A DNA stretch of 63,640 nt, counting the filler, from Octopus bimaculoides (lineage: Eukaryota): assembly GCF_001194135.2 (NCBI RefSeq). It is 8 parts of 7 records of this genome, joined end to end, with 100 filler letters (N's around TTAATTAATTAA, not from the genome) between each part and the next. Parts side by side here need not be neighbours in the genome. Positions count along the whole stretch, not along the records: positions 48,143 to 59,030 come from NC_068997.1; positions 59,131 to 61,767 come from NC_069007.1; positions 61,868 to 63,640 come from NW_026379500.1; 5 more parts are not named here. The stretch is one strand, 5' to 3'. The notes under the pieces were generated by a model. The model had not been told where the DNA came from. It saw only the letters and a list, made by a program, of their open reading frames with translations, and made no database searches. Shown in pieces: positions 49,191 to 63,640 of this stretch (positions are counted from its first letter, which is position 1; the number at the start of each line of letters is the position of its first letter). The translations under genes were made by a program, and so were the position numbers.

Positions 49191-49529
49191 TATATGTAAA
49201 GAACTATTTGCTAGAGACTAGAAATATCCAAATGTATTGTTTATTATGTGAGTGTAAATGTGTTCTGTTTCAAAGTTACTGTTAAAGTTGAAAACAAAGT
49301 TTAATAGAAAACTAAAATTGTTGTTGGAACAATAGATTGGTTTATAATGATATTTCATTTCTTGTAGCCACATCATGAATTATCAATATTATTGTTGTTG
49401 TTGCCACTGCTTTCATTGGAACTCAGGGTAGCCCTGTGATCAAAGAAAGTCCAAGCATATCATCTTTTATCCTTGCACAGTCCATCAGGAAATACAACGA
49501 CCAATGTTGCAGTTGTTGTTTTATTGTTA

Positions 49530-49970
49530 CCCAGAACTTATTCTTTGTAAGCCTAGTACTTATTCTATTGGTCTCTTTTGCCAAACCGCTAAGTTACGGG
49601 AACGTAAACACACCAGCATCNNNNNNNNNNNNNNNNNNNNNNNNNNNNNNNNNNNNNNNNNNNNNNNNNNNNNNNNNNNNNNNNNNNNNNNNNNNNNNNN
49701 NNNNNNNNNNNNNNNNNNNNNNNNNNNNNNNNGTTGTCAAGCAATGTTGGAGGGACAAACACAGACAAACACATACGCACACACACATGCATATATATAT
49801 ATATATATATATACACGACGGACTTCTTTCAGTTTCCGTCTACCAAATCCACTCACAAGGCTTTGGTCGGCCCGAGGCTATAGTAGAAGACACTTGCCCA
49901 AGGTGCCATGCAGTGGGACTGAACCCAGAACCATGTGGTTGGTAAACAAGCTACTTACCACACAGCCACT
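49530..49970 (-). mobile_element. CORE-like tRNA SINE
   Basis: Homologous to 35294-35592. Confidence 0.9.
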
Positions 49971-50463
49971 CTTACACCTTTATGTATATATATAAAGTTA
50001 AGATAATAATGTAGTGATATGTAAACAGTGATTCACATAACCAGATAATGTTCATGGGACAGTCATGAATGTCACAACTTCGTACCACTTTTTCCACTAT
50101 GAAATTATGGCCTCTACTTATATGTAATAAGAGAGAGATTAGATACTACTCTATGAAAGCAATGTTAGAAAATATCAATCAGCTCTCAGTAAGAAAATGA
50201 ATTATTTTTTTTTAATATTCTGCTCATTATAAAAGGATATGGTGATAGAGAAAGGGCAAGTAGCTTGAGAATAAACAACAATTAAAATAAAACACATGTA
50301 TGCTTCAAAGACACATGCAAATGCATGGATTTACAGACCTGTCAAATGCACTCTAATATGATAAAACTGATTGAAATTTGTTAATTAAAAGAGTTGTATT
50401 TTGGTGGTTTTTCATAATTCCTGCTTAATTATACATATATATATATGCATGCTATGTTCATGC

Positions 50464-50500
<37 letters not shown>

Positions 50501-51075
50501 CACACTTACACACATATACATACACACACTCACACACATATATGGTTGCATGTGTATGTGTTCTTGTGCATATGCAAATGCATAGATATACAAAATGCAC
50601 TCATCTAGCTATTGGCTAATGTTTTTCTACATTTATTTTAGAATCTATGTTAATTTACAGCTGAGCGTACATGCATGCCCATGTGAGCATGTATATATGC
50701 AGCATAAGTGCACATGTGCATGTGGGTACTTGAGTGAAATTTTATAAAGATATATAAGCTGTTTCCTAAGATTACAAAATATTTTTAATTAAATATCTCA
50801 CACACACATACGCACATACATATTTAAATTTTTTACTCTTTTTGTAAAAATTTATTTCACTTTTAATTTCTTTTCTAACAAAAATACAAAAACAGGAAAA
50901 ATATTTATTGGAGAAAAAAAAAACAACAAACTATTTGGATAACCTTAAATATTAAATATGTTACTTAAAAAATGGTAAATCTTAACAAACAAATTAAAAT
51001 TTTAACAAATATAAATGTGTTCTTTTATGGCTGTATATCTATATGTATAGATAATTTTTAAAAAATTTATTATAC

Positions 51076-51113
<38 letters not shown>

Positions 51114-51612
51114 TTTTGTTTGTAAATTTATAATTATCTAAAGTGGAATATATTAATTCATATATGCATTTATTAAAAGACCTGTGATGAATCCTATACT
51201 TGGTTGGCTGGCTGGTTGGCATAACAACAAAATTGCATAAACCATCTGAAACACCGCTCTACCTCAGACCTCAATGCCATCCGGTGTTATTATTCCTTTG
51301 TCTTAGAGAAGTGCTTTATCTTAATGTTCCAAAAACCTCACATCCCAAAAGTCAATGATGATGGCTGTTTGGAAATAATTAAATCAAAATTTATCTATTT
51401 AATTCTTCACAAAATGACTTTCGGGGAATACTCATGTTGTTTTTATTTATTTATTTTGTTTCTTTAAATTTTAGTGAATTTTATTAGAGTGATTTTGTAA
51501 ATTATATTTTCATTATTTTAGCATAATTTTACTTAATTATGTTTTTTATTTTATTTTTATCCACATTTATATTTTCTCATATACGATATCATGCCTATGC
51601 CTCACTTTCTCT

Positions 51613-51665
<53 letters not shown>

Positions 51666-52596
51666 GACTCATACATGCACACAACCACACTATACATACA
51701 CATATATATACGCACACACACATACTCACACACAGAGTGTATTTTTACCACTCTCATGTGATATCTTGAACATCTTTGCTTATTTTAATGTTGTTTTCTC
51801 TAGTTGATATTTGGTGTTTGTGAACTATTATTTCTTCAATTTTAGGATTGTGGTTTGGTCATAATTTTTCATTCATATATAATTACATAGGCATTACAAT
51901 TCATACATATATAAATACACTAACTCCCCTACATATACATATGTATATATACACACACATACATAATGCTATATACTTATACATATATATATATATACAC
52001 ACACACACATTATTATATATATATATATATATCTAAATATATACACACACGCCTACATTACTATATATATGGTCATATATTCATTTACATATAATTTACA
52101 AAGAAAGAAAAATTATTGTTTAAAAAATGGGTGATTAACAGAAAATGTGGAGAACGCTAACTAAGACCAAAGTGTGAATCCATAATGCAGGAGTAAATAT
52201 TGCATGACCTTAACCCCAGTCTTATCTCTAACGATGGTATCTATTATGCAAATGAAGCTCATTATAACTCTGAAACAATAACAACACCAACCAGAACAGC
52301 AACAACTCAAACAGCAAAAAGAAGCCATGAAATTAGCCTTGATGTGGTGACTCAACTTGCTAGCTATAGTAGCTAAGCCATTTGCATATTTTTGCATATT
52401 CCTTGAAGGAACAAAAACAGAGGATGGATAATACAGTAGTTCTATATATAAGAAACTACAAAAAATTGGACGGTCATGTCAGGAATGTCTTTGATTATAG
52501 TTTTACATAATCAAGGTTGACCCAGGGTTAAACAGCTACAACAGCAAACATAAGTCTGTATGAGAGCCTTTATGTGGTTTTATGATCTCTCTCTCT

Positions 52597-52790
52597 TTAC
52601 CTGTTTCAGTCATTTGACTGTGGCCATGCTGGAGCACCGCCTCTAGTTGAGAAAATCGACCCCAGGACTTATTCTTTGTAAGCCTAGTACTTACTCTATC
52701 AGTCTCTTTTTGCTGAACCGCTAAGTTACAGAGACGTAAATACACCAGCATTGGTTGTCAAGTGATGGTGGGGGGACAAACACAGAAACA

Positions 52791-52862
<72 letters not shown>

Positions 52863-53026
52863 TATATATACGGCGGGCTTCTTTCAGTTTCCGTGTACCA
52901 AATCCACTCACAAGGCTTTGGTCGGCCTGAGGCTATAGTAGGAGACACTTGCCGAAGGTGCCACGCAGTGGGACTGAACCTAGAACCATGTGGCTGGTAA
53001 GCAAGCTACTTACCACACAGCCACTC
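52597..53026 (-). mobile_element. Full-length CORE-like tRNA SINE
   Basis: tRNA-like head, internal (TG/TA)n tract and CAGTC.AATGACTGAAAC tail are all present. Confidence 0.92.
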
Positions 53027-54185
53027 TGCTAAATATATCAGCAGAATCTCCTTCAAATCACTTTTAAATGTCTTTAAAAATATAGGATACCTTGGATAGC
53101 TATGTGGTCATAGATACATGGTTTGAATATTAGATAAGAATGTCATGGTTGGAATGTGTTTGATAATTACTGGCCTGGATTAAACAACAACAAAATGTTA
53201 AACAAGAAAAACAATAAGATGAAATTAATGCATGAGCTTACTGAACCAAGCAATGAGTTAACCAAAGAACCACTTAGCAAACTGACCGGTCAACTGAGGA
53301 AGTATCCGACCGATCGACCAAGGATGCATCCAGCCAAACAACCAACCGGCCATGCAGCCAACCAAAAACAGTCATTCATCCAACCAACCAAGAAACTAAT
53401 CAAGAAACCAACCATTTAACAAACCAAAAATCAACCATCAATGTGTATAAACCAGCCAAAGAGTAATTATGTGGTCACATAATCTGCTAGATATAACAAC
53501 CAAAACTCCGTCAAATTACGCTCTCCCATATAAAAAGATACAAAAACGCATTGCATAATGTAGCTCATGATACACTATGAGTGAAATAAGAGATGGAATG
53601 GTCATGGCAGGAATACTTTTGACCATAGGTCTGCTTAGTGTGCATTGGATTCAGGCCGAACAACAACAGCCAACAAACCACACTGATTTGTTATGAAAGT
53701 AAATTATTTTATTTATTTGCAGCAAATTTTCATTTCTTCTTCGTTAATTGATATTTTACTCTCTACTCTACCATTATTTTTTTTTTATCAATTTTCGTTT
53801 TCCTAAATATACTTTTTCCTAGTTTTTTTAGTGAAATACAGTGAGATGTTACACTATTCTTATGTTGTTTCTGTTCATTTTTTAATTAAATTTTATCTCT
53901 AATCAATCAATCAATCATTTATTTTAGATTTTAAATTATAATTGGTTGTTATGGTTTACCGTTCTTTTTTAATTTAATTTTTGTTTCTAGAGAAGAGGTA
54001 CTGTGTAGATTGGGGTGAGCAATGGAGATGCTGGCTGTTGAAGGGGTTAGCAAATACAATAACATACAATTAGAACAAAATTTTTAAACACTCCTAACAC
54101 AGATGGTGTTGTGGTAAGTGTTTGTGTGGTTGTTACTGCAGATGTAGCAGCAGTATGGAGGAAAGTAAATGGTGGTGGCATAGAT

Positions 54186-54372
54186 CAGTGCTCCACAATC
54201 ATGTTACACTTTCGGTACTCTTGTATTCTTTTCAAAATTTGGCAGCACACCTGAACTAAAAACATAACTAAAAATATAGGGGAAAAAAATTATATTCAGG
54301 CTATGCTGTGGCACACCTAGCATCGTCTCGTGGCACACCAGCCTGCCGCAGCATACCGGCTGCAGAGCACTG
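54186..54372. mobile_element. hAT-type MITE (187 bp)
   Basis: TIRs CAGTGCTC...GAGCACTG, 8-bp TSD GCATAGAT (54178-85, 54373-80) and an internal repeated GTGGCACACC. Confidence 0.88.
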
Positions 54373-54589
54373 GCATAGATGAAGAAATAGTGATAAGTTG
54401 GTCATGGTGATAGTAGATCCATTGATGGCAGTGGCAGTGGTGAAATTCATGGCGGTAGTGGTGGTGGTGGCTGTTTCAAAGATAGTAGGGTGTGATTTAA
54501 GAGAGATTTGGCCACATTTCTAGCATGTATAGTCATGATATTGAGGCTCTCTCGCAGTTTTAGCAGTCTTGCAATGGATTTTAGTAATG

Positions 54590-55075
54590 CTATTAGTGAA
54601 GTGGAAGGGAGCATGGATCAGTGGTTAGAGCATCAGGCTCACAGTCATGAAGCAGTGAGTTCGATTCCCAGACAGAGCTGTGTGTTGTGTTCTTGAGCAA
54701 GATTCTTTATTTTCACGTTGCTCCAGTTCACTCAGCTTTAGAAATGAGTTGTGATGTCACTGGTGCCAAATCCTATCAGCTTTTGCCTTTTCCTTGGGCA
54801 TCATCAGTGGTATGGAGAAGGGAGGCTGGTATGCATGGGCAACTGCTGGCCTTCCATAAGCAACCTTGCAGACCCACTGCATGCCAGTGACACGTAAAAA
54901 GCACCCGACACACTCTGTAAAGTGATTGGCATTAGTACGGTCATCCAGCAGTAGAAACCATGCCACAATAGACAATCGGAGTCTAGACAGTTCTCTGGCT
55001 GACCAGCATCTGTCAAACCATCCAACCCATGCTAGCATGGAAAACAGACATTAAATGATAGCAATGATAATGATC
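54590..55075 (+). mobile_element. tRNA-headed SINE of the (GAT)n-tailed family
   Basis: A box (TGGATCAGTGGTTAG), B box (GTTCGATTCCC) and family tail CCAACCCATGCTAGCATGGAAAACAGACATTAAATGAT. Confidence 0.8.
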
Positions 55076-56048
55076 AACATAATGATGGACAGAATGCCAC
55101 AAAGCGTTTTTACTCATGCTAACAATTCTGCCAGCTCAACACCTTAAGACACCCAATTACTGAATATCTACAAGGACCCAAATTTCTAGTGCATTTTGGA
55201 CTTGAACTCAAGAACTCAATGCCATTGTTTTTGCATAAGAAATGTCTACATGTGTGGAAAAAGAATAACTTTTTATCTTATCTCTCTTGTCCTTCTGCTG
55301 TTATTTTCGTTTTATCATATCAAATTTTATATATGTAAATATGTACCTACNNNNNNNNNNNNNNNNNNNNNNNNNNNNNNNNNNNNNNNNNNNNNNNNNN
55401 NNNNNNNNNNNNNNNNNNNNNNNNNNNNNNNNNNNNNNNNNNNNNNNNNNNNNNNNNNNNNNNATGTATTTATATATGTATATATATGTATATATGTATA
55501 TAAGTTTTAGTAGGTTGAGCTTGCACTCGGAATCTTTATTTCCAATGCAGAAATAAAAGTTTTGATTTATTAAACCCAGCCTAGAGAAATGCATATATCT
55601 AGAAACAGAACACCTAAAGACAACCGAACGATGCACCAAATGAAACCATGATGTAAGTAAAAACTGCCAAAACATGAAACATTAAAAGACAAGAAAATTT
55701 ATATTATCATCTCAAACAAAAAAAGAAGCCCAGAATCAAAGGAAAGACTGGTGATAGTTTATATAGATAAAAATCAATTAAGAAAATTGATAATATTGTG
55801 AGGAGTGTTGCATTCTAATGGCATCTTACCAAGAAAATAAATTCAGAAATTGAAACAAATGCTCAAGAAAAGTTTGTCCAAAGGTGAAGAAGCTCTCTTC
55901 TCATTGATATGGTTTTAGGTTCAGTCCTGTTTCATGGTATGAGGTTCAAGTGTCTTGGGCTGATCAATGCCTTGATAAGGTACTTGGTAGATGGAAACTG
56001 TAAAAGTCTATCATATGTGTATATAGAGAGATAGATAGACAGACAGAC

Positions 56049-56122
<74 letters not shown>

Positions 56123-56129
56123 GTAGGTG

Positions 56130-56335
56130 CATTATAGACACAAAGCATGGGAAAAGTACCCAGTACACTCTGTAAAGTGGTTGGTATTAGGAAGGGCATC
56201 CAGCTGTAGAAATCATGCTAAGACAGACAAATGGAGCCTAGACAGCTCTCCAACTGGACATATCCTGTGAAACTGCCCAACCTATGCCAGCTTGGATAAC
56301 GGACATATGACGATGATGAGGATGATGATGATGAT
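56130..56335 (+). mobile_element. (GAT)n-tailed SINE 3' part
   Basis: CCCAGTACACTCTGTAAAGTGGTTGG...GGAAGGGCATCCAGCTGTAGAAA...GATGATGATG. Confidence 0.8.
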
Positions 56336-56435
56336 ATATTCACTATATGCACTTATTTTTTGATTTCTAACACACACAAACACTCACACGTATATACATA
56401 TAGATGTACACATATGTGAACATGCATCTTTGTAC

Positions 56436-56550
56436 AGTTCTAAATTTCTCCAAGACACCTGATGAAGGCTGGAGAGTAAACCAGCCAAAACGTTGTGTTA
56501 ACAACAACCAAGGTGAGGACAAATATCTGTCAAATGTAAATAATGTGAAT
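56436..56550 (+). mobile_element. Single-arm copy of the 33.8-kb hammerhead element
   Basis: GACACCTGATGAAGGCTGG...CAGCCAAAACGTTGTGTTAACAAC...AAATGTAAATAATGT matches one arm. The core GAAA is mutated to AAAA. Confidence 0.85.
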
Positions 56551-57804
56551 AATGCATCCTTGTTTCTACATTTGCCCACCACCCTTTGACAACTGGTGTT
56601 GGTTTGTTCACATCCACATAATTCAGTAGTTCAGCAAAAGAGACTGAAGGAATATGTATCAGATTAAAAAAATAATTATCAGTACTAGGGTTGATCTTTT
56701 TCATGGAAGGAAAAACCCTTCAAGCTAGTGTCCCAGCATGGTCGCAGTCCAATGACCCCCACCAAGAACAAGATAAACAATGAGCCACCCCATGTTAATT
56801 AATCCTGGCATGCAATCGTCTGATGTTACATAGCGTTTATGAAGCAGAGTTTCATGTACCCATGTTAGCAAGTTCTAAAGACCAGCTTACCACAAAATAT
56901 GTACTTTAGCGAGAATCTATTATACATGCAATAAACACACATCTTGTATAATACAGTATCAAACAAACTGTCCCTTGTGGACATAGATAAAGCATTAGCA
57001 AAAGGGATCTCTCTGATCCCTTTCTGTTTATGTGTGCAAGTGTGTATCTACTAAACATATCAATGAGCCCTGACAATTTACTTTGAGTTTTTGATGATTT
57101 TGAAATAGACAGTCAGATATTTGAAACCATTGATATCTTTAATTCTTAAATATCCGCTACATATTTCAATAGGAAAAATAAACTTTTTGGGTTTTTTTTT
57201 AAAAAAGTAAATCAATGAAAAGTAGTTAAAGTTAAGGGAATGCTTTAAGCAAGTTAATAGCTGTTGTTAAGAATACAACACAAACGAATCCAAAAACTTA
57301 ATCTTCTTTGAAGTGATAACACTAATAAAGAAAGAAAGAACTAACGATAAGCAGTTAGATACACTGTCATCTCGAAAAATTTTTGATAAGAAAGAGCAAT
57401 GAAATCCAGTGTTAGCCAGTCACAGATTAGCAAAAAGTAAAAAAAAAAAAAAGGAAAAGAAAAAGAAAATAAAGTGGTGGGGGGGATGGAATTAAGTTTT
57501 GTAGGTGCGCCGTGAGGACAAGTAATATCTTGTTGTACATATGATCGTTTAAAGTTCTAAAATCAGACTGCTGTACATGTAGCGGTTTGATGTTCAAACG
57601 ATAGACTTCAATTAAATCGAATATTAAACAGAAAGGATGCACATGTGATCTTTTAATGCCCCGTAAACATAAACTATTCAGTTAACACTCTTTTAGCTGT
57701 GAAAGCATTTGTATATATATGTATATATATATATATTTATGAGTGAATGTATATATGAGTATAGGGCCATATAAAGTGCGTCCACCTAGTATGTATGTGT
57801 GTAC

Positions 57805-57876
<72 letters not shown>

Positions 57877-58861
57877 ATATANNNNNNNNNNNNNNNNNNN
57901 NNNNNNNNNNNNNNNNNNNNNNNNNNNNNNNNNNNNNNNNNNNNNNNNNNNNNNNNNNNNNNNNNNNNNNNNNNNNNNNNNNNNNNNNNNNNNNNNNNNN
58001 NNNNNNNNNNNNNNNNNNNNNNNNNNNNNNNNNNNNNNNNNNNNNNNNNNNNNNNNNNNNNNNNNNNNNNNNNNNNNNNNNNNNNNNNNNNNNNNNNNNN
58101 NNNNNNNNNNNNNNNNNNNNNNNNNNNNNNNNNNNNNNNNNNNNNNNNNNNNNNNNNNNNNNNNNNNNNNNNNNNNNNNNNNNNNNNNNNNNNNNNNNNN
58201 NNNNNNNNNNNNNNNNNNNNNNNNNNNNNNNNNNNNNNNNNNNNNNNNNNNNNNNNNNNNNNNNNNNNNNNNNNNNNNNNNNNNNNNNNNNNNNNNNNNN
58301 NNNNNNNNNNNNNNNNNNNNNNNNNNNNNNNNNNNNNNNNNNNNNNNNNNNNNNNNNNNNNNNNNNNNNNNNNNNNNNNNNNNNNNNNNNNNNNNNNNNN
58401 NNNNNNNNNNNNNNTATATATATATATATATATATATATGCATGCATGCTTATACTACAAGTATGTAGAGAAATACTTATATACATATATATATACTATA
58501 TATACATATACACACACACATACACACATAAATATATATGGACAATAACAAGTGTCGGCACGCATTCATACATACGTAAAAGTAAGGTGCAAAACATTTA
58601 TCTGAATAAAGTTTCGTTAATAAACTCATTTTGCTTCTTCCTCTTTTTCTCCTCCTCATCCATACATCCAATATCCATTATACATAACGGATAAGGATAG
58701 AATAAGTGGAATACACTTAAGGGAATTCCCTTAAGGGATACATCTTGACTGAAGTCAGTACTATCTTGAGCCCTTACGACTGAAGGATAAGGATGCACCT
58801 CTAAAAAAACAAGATTGCAAAAGAGTGACGTATATTCACACATTCTTTTTTCTTTTATTCT

Positions 58862-59030
58862 TTTACTTGTTTCAGTAATTTGACTGTGGCCATGCTGGAG
58901 CACCACCTTTAGTCAAGCAGATCAACCCCAGAGCTTATTCTTTGTTAGCCTAGTACTTATTCTATCGGTCTCTTTTTGCCAAACTGTTAAGTTATGGGGA
59001 CGTAAACACACCAGCATCAGTTGTCAAGCG
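58862..59030 (-). mobile_element. CORE-like SINE 3' part
   Basis: Homologous to 52597-52760; cut by a scaffold spacer. Confidence 0.88.
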
Positions 59031-60119
59031 NNNNNNNNNNNNNNNNNNNNNNNNNNNNNNNNNNNNNNNNNNNNTTAATTAATTAANNNNNNNNNNNNNN
59101 NNNNNNNNNNNNNNNNNNNNNNNNNNNNNNTTACCCTTTAATGAGCCATAAAAGATCAATAAACAATTATATTTTCATACATATTGATAATATACCATAT
59201 TTATTCATTTGTGTTATACACTCATATATAATGTGCAGCAGGACTAATTTTGAGCTGTAAAATCAAAGAGAGGGGTGGGTGGTGTCCTATCAATGCTGTG
59301 GACTGAGTATTCTTCAGTGTTACTTGTACACTAGGTGGCGCCCGTGCCATCAAAAATGACGGCTAATTGTAGTATTTTAAATATAAATATGGATGGGAAA
59401 TCAAATTAATACACTTGTCAATGTTATCTAGTGGTTGTCTGTTGAGATGTGACATTGATCATCCTTTGTTACTGAAAGGTTATGGTGTGAGGGAAGAGAT
59501 TGGAGAGGAGGAGGCTCTTGATGTAGAGGAGCTACATGGCAGCTCACATGTAGGAGAGAGAGAATGAAGGACTTAGAGGTATGTCCAAGGAATAGGACAG
59601 TAAATGATGAAGTGTCCAGGTGGCGCCTCAGGTAGCAGGAGCATATATTTGGCAGAGTGTTCTGGATGTTTATGAGTCAGACTTTAAAAATCTGTGATAT
59701 GAAAGAATGAGAATTCGATATAAACAAGAATCGTAAACTAATGGGACCAAAAACTGGAAACTGTGATTACAAATATTTTCTGGGTTCTTAAATTTTGTAT
59801 TTTCTAGCTTCTTTGGTGAAGCTGTGACCATTCCTGCTAACCCTTGAATATTGGAATGTGCATGCATGTGTGTTCTTCAAATTTTCTTCATTTATCTGAT
59901 TTTTGTGGGGGCTTTTTCTTTTGCTATGGCTTTCAATTGGCTAGTATTTATGTAACAAGCAGTTTTACTCTTTCAAAAGTTTTGGTATTATTTAAATTAC
60001 AATTTACTAACTTTGCCTCCAGGCGACAAATTTGCAGAGAAAAATTGAAGTCATTTTTGTCTAACCTTGCTCCCTTTTCTATTACAAGACTTACCAATTT
60101 AGCTTGTCAAATGTGTGCC

Positions 60120-60155
<36 letters not shown>

Positions 60156-60494
60156 CATACAGATACACCCACAATTTAGCTTGTCAAATGTGTGCCTGTG
60201 TGTGTGTGTANNNNNNNNNNNNNNNNNNNNNNNNNNNNNNNNNNNNNNNNNNNNNNNNNNNNNNNNNNNNNNNNNNNNNNNNNNNNNNNNNNNNNNNNNN
60301 NNNNNNNNNNNNNNNNNNNNNNNNNNNNNNNNNNNNNNNNNNNNNNNNNNNNNNNNNNNNNNNNNNNNNNNNNNNNNNNNNNNNNNNNNNNNNNNNNNNN
60401 NNNNNNNNNNNNNNNNNNNNNNNNNNNNNNNNNNNNNNNNNNNNNNNNNNNNNNNNNNNNNNNNNNNNNNNNNNNNNNNNNNNNNNNNNNNNNN

Positions 60495-60530
<36 letters not shown>

Positions 60531-60552
60531 CATACAGATACACCCACACACG

Positions 60553-60870
60553 AGTCTTGAGTTCAGTACCACTGTGTGACACCTTGGGCAAGTGTCTTCT
60601 ACTACAGCCTCAGGCCAACCAAAGCTTTGTGAGTGGATTTGGTTGAGGGGAAACTGAAAGAAGCTTGTTGTATATGTTTGTGCATATGTGTTTGCCCTAC
60701 ACCATTGCTTGACAACCAGTGCTGGTGTATTTATGTCCCTGTAACTTAGCAGTTTGGCAAAAGAGACCAATAGAATAAGTATTATACTTGTAAAGAATAA
60801 ATCTTAGGGTTGATTTCTTTGACAAAAAATAACCCTTTAAGGTGGGTGGTGCCCCAGCATGGCCGCTGGT
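60553..60870 (+). mobile_element. CORE-like tRNA SINE
   Basis: GGTTCAGT-like B box, CCTTGGGCAAGTGTCTTCTACTACAGCC and family 3' part. Confidence 0.85.
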
Positions 60871-62279
60871 CAGCATGGTCAGTATGGAGCATTTTGTCTC
60901 CTTTCTTGCCTGTGTGTTACTCTGCAGATATTGTCAGCCTTTGTTTTCCATCATCCGTTTCACTGATGAAAAACAGTTCATTTCTATGTGTGTGTGTGTG
61001 TGTGTGTGTATACACATGGATACACACACACACACACACACACACACATATGCATTTGCATTACAAAACTTTTTACATGATCTCAAAAATGATTAAGAAC
61101 TATTATAATTATTTTTGCTATTTAAATATTATTTCTAAAATGTTTTAAAACATTTTCTTTGTTATTTCACTGTTTGTTTTGTTACTATATAAACTGCAGT
61201 TGACAGTTATTACTATGTTGTTTAGCTATTACTTAACTGTTATTTAGCAGTTATTTGATTGTTATTGAAATAACTGTTAAACTGATTTCATTCTCAACGT
61301 CCTGTTGGAAAATTTCCGTCAAAACTGCAGTCCTGTACTGAAAGATACAAGGGTTTCAGTTATTTTACCCCTACATTAAACTATTTAGCATTTAAACTGG
61401 CTCAAGACAGCTGTACCAAAGTGTCTCCTACTTGTCTCATGCAGTTCTGTGAGACTCAGGAAGTTGAGAATATAAGAATTGTTATTTCACTGTTATTTTT
61501 TTAACTGTCTTTTTTTTTTTTGATTTTATATATTTTTGTTTTTGTTGATGTTGATATTTACAACAAAAAAAAAAAAAATCCCCCAATAAAACTTAAAATC
61601 ACTTTTTATTTCCCCTTCAAAATCTTTTGCAGTATCCTCAGCCACTCTCATCACCGTTGTGTTTGCCATTTTTTTCCTTATTATCGTAGCTATTGCTACG
61701 ATGTGTTTTCGGCACCGCAAAAGAGAATCATACAAACGTATTCAGGTGTAACTTTTTTTTTCTCCTTNNNNNNNNNNNNNNNNNNNNNNNNNNNNNNNNN
61801 NNNNNNNNNNNTTAATTAATTAANNNNNNNNNNNNNNNNNNNNNNNNNNNNNNNNNNNNNNNNNNNNGGTCGCGCGCGCGCGCGAGCGTATTTGCGGGTA
61901 TGTATATATTTTTGGGTGAATGTGTGGGTGAGCATGTGTGTGTTTCGAGTGAGGTTGAATGAGTATATACATATAGGCGCATGTACGTGGGTGTGCGGGC
62001 GCACATGTGTATGTATGGACTTACGCGAATACTATGGACATTTTTACTCCCAGCCCTCACTTAGCGGTGATTCTAACAGCTCTTTTGTCTTAATAACGGT
62101 CAATCACACAGTAATTTCCCTTTGTTTAACGGCCATTTTCATAGCATTTTTTTCGATGGCCAGATAATTGAAGAGATAGCGGCGTGGGTTTCCGCCCCGA
62201 CATCCGAAACTCGGAGTTTTATCATGGCTACCGAATAATTGTCACATATTATTTACAGATACATATATATATATTTTCC

Positions 62280-62381
62280 GTCTTTCCGTATTCCCGAGCG
62301 TCATACTAATACATCCTTTTGTTGTTTACACCACCTGTCCTCGTCTGTTGTTGTTTTTTCGTACATCCTCCCATATATATA
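62280..62381 (+). mobile_element. Penelope-like terminal repeat fragment
   Basis: Near-identical to 37402-37500. Confidence 0.7.
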
Positions 62382-63202
62382 NNNNNNNNNNNNNNNNNNN
62401 NNNNNNNNNNNNNNNNNNNNNNNNNNNNNNNNNNNNNNNNNNNNNNNNNNNNNNNNNNNNNNNNNNNNNNNNNNNNNNNNNNNNNNNNNNNNNNNNNNNN
62501 NNNNNNNNNNNNNNNNNNNNNNNNNNNNNNNNNNNNNNNNNNNNNNNNNNNNNNNNNNNNNNNNNNNNNNNNNNNNNNNNNNNNNNNNNNNNNNNNNNNN
62601 NNNNNNNNNNNNNNNNNNNNNNNNNNNNNNNNNNNNNNNNNNNNNNNNNNNNNNNNNNNNNNNNNNNNNNNNNNNNNNNNNNNNNNNNNNNNNNNNNNNN
62701 NNNNNNNNNNNNNNNNNNNNNNNNNNNNNNNNNNNNNNNNNNNNNNNNNNNNNNNNNNNNNNNNNNNNNNNNNNNNNNNNNNNNNNNNNNNNNNNNNNNN
62801 NNNNNNNNNNNNNNNNNNNNNNNNNNNNNNNNNNNNNNNNNNNNNNNNNNNNNNNNNNNNNNNNNNNNNNNNNNNNNNNNNNNNNNNNNNNNNNNNNNNN
62901 NNNNNNNNNNNNNNNNNNNNNNNNNNNNNNNNNNNNNNNNNNNNNNNNNNNNNNNNNNNNNNNNNNNNNNNNNNNNNNNNNNNNNNNNNNNNNNNNNNNN
63001 NNNNNNNNNNNNNNNNNNNNNNNNNNNNNNNNNNNNNNNNNNNNNNNNNNNNNNNNNNNNNNNNNNNNNNNNNNNNNNNNNNNNNNAGATATTAAGATAA
63101 ATCAGGGAAAAGTACTCTATATGACATTTTGTTCATTTTGAGATTGACGAGAATCTAATTAGGGATTCAATGAAACCTCAGCTTCGAATATAAATTATAA
63201 CT

Positions 63203-63203
63203 G

Positions 63204-63260
<57 letters not shown>

Positions 63261-63640
63261 GTCTCTGTCTCTCGCTCCTGTTTCACCCTACCACATGCAC
63301 AGACATACGCAATCACAAACATACACACACATAATCACACACACACACACACTCATATATACTATAAGCTCTTATTTAAAAAAACAATCAGAACCACAAT
63401 CATTGAAGCGCTGTACGCATTGTATGATACACACAGGGTTACATGATTTATTCATATAGTTTATCTCTACAATATATAATTCGTTTCACCGGGAGACCAT
63501 CATCTTCCTTTGTAAATGAATGGATTTCTCTCCTCAAGATACTGGTCTACATATGAATCAAATAAATCGTGGAGAGATAAACTCTCTGAATAAATTATCT
63601 ACATACATACATACATACATACATACATACATACATACAT
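63203..63640. repeat. (TC)n, (CA)n and (TACA)n microsatellites
   Basis: Directly visible. Confidence 0.9.

Noticed and set aside
62160-62225. Possible further hammerhead (TTGAAGA...CCGAAACTC)
   Set aside because: The core and stems I/II cannot be paired convincingly.
803-63141. Most long ORFs in the supplied track (poly-X, HTHT, CVCV, YIYI, ERER, poly-K/E/R)
   Set aside because: They are translations of microsatellites and N-gaps, not genes.

Overview
Repeat-saturated, gap-rich animal genomic DNA. The SINE families, microsatellite load and transposon mix point to an octopod cephalopod (inferred, not verified). No multi-exon host gene can be supported. Most of the window is microsatellites, N-gaps (including seven 100-bp TTAATTAATTAA scaffold spacers), tRNA-derived SINEs and decayed transposons: R4/Dong-like RLE LINEs, CR1, Tx1/L1, RTE, Penelope-like elements, Tc1/mariner and hAT MITEs. 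The only convincing non-transposon coding sequences are a divergently oriented pair of small intronless paralogs. One is an intact 110-aa ORF (26638-26970, -); the other is a 107-codon copy with one in-frame TGA (36153-36476, +). Their YSQDTI...IDV...YYS-DNRRL signature resembles ParB/sulfiredoxin-fold (Tox-ParB-like) proteins. The pair arose by an ~800-bp inverted duplication. By hand count, the upstream flanks (~87% identical) are more conserved than the CDS (~74% nt, ~55% aa). Both share AP-1 and TATA motifs, and the second copy also has an adjacent IRF/ISRE-like plus GAS-like element. This is the best candidate for an undescribed system: a possibly inducible, fast-evolving small-effector family. 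Second, there are several minimal type-I hammerhead-ribozyme motifs, including a palindromic double-hammerhead element inserted with a 10-bp TSD into a Tc1 transposase. All family assignments rest on recalled motifs and need HMM or structure searches.
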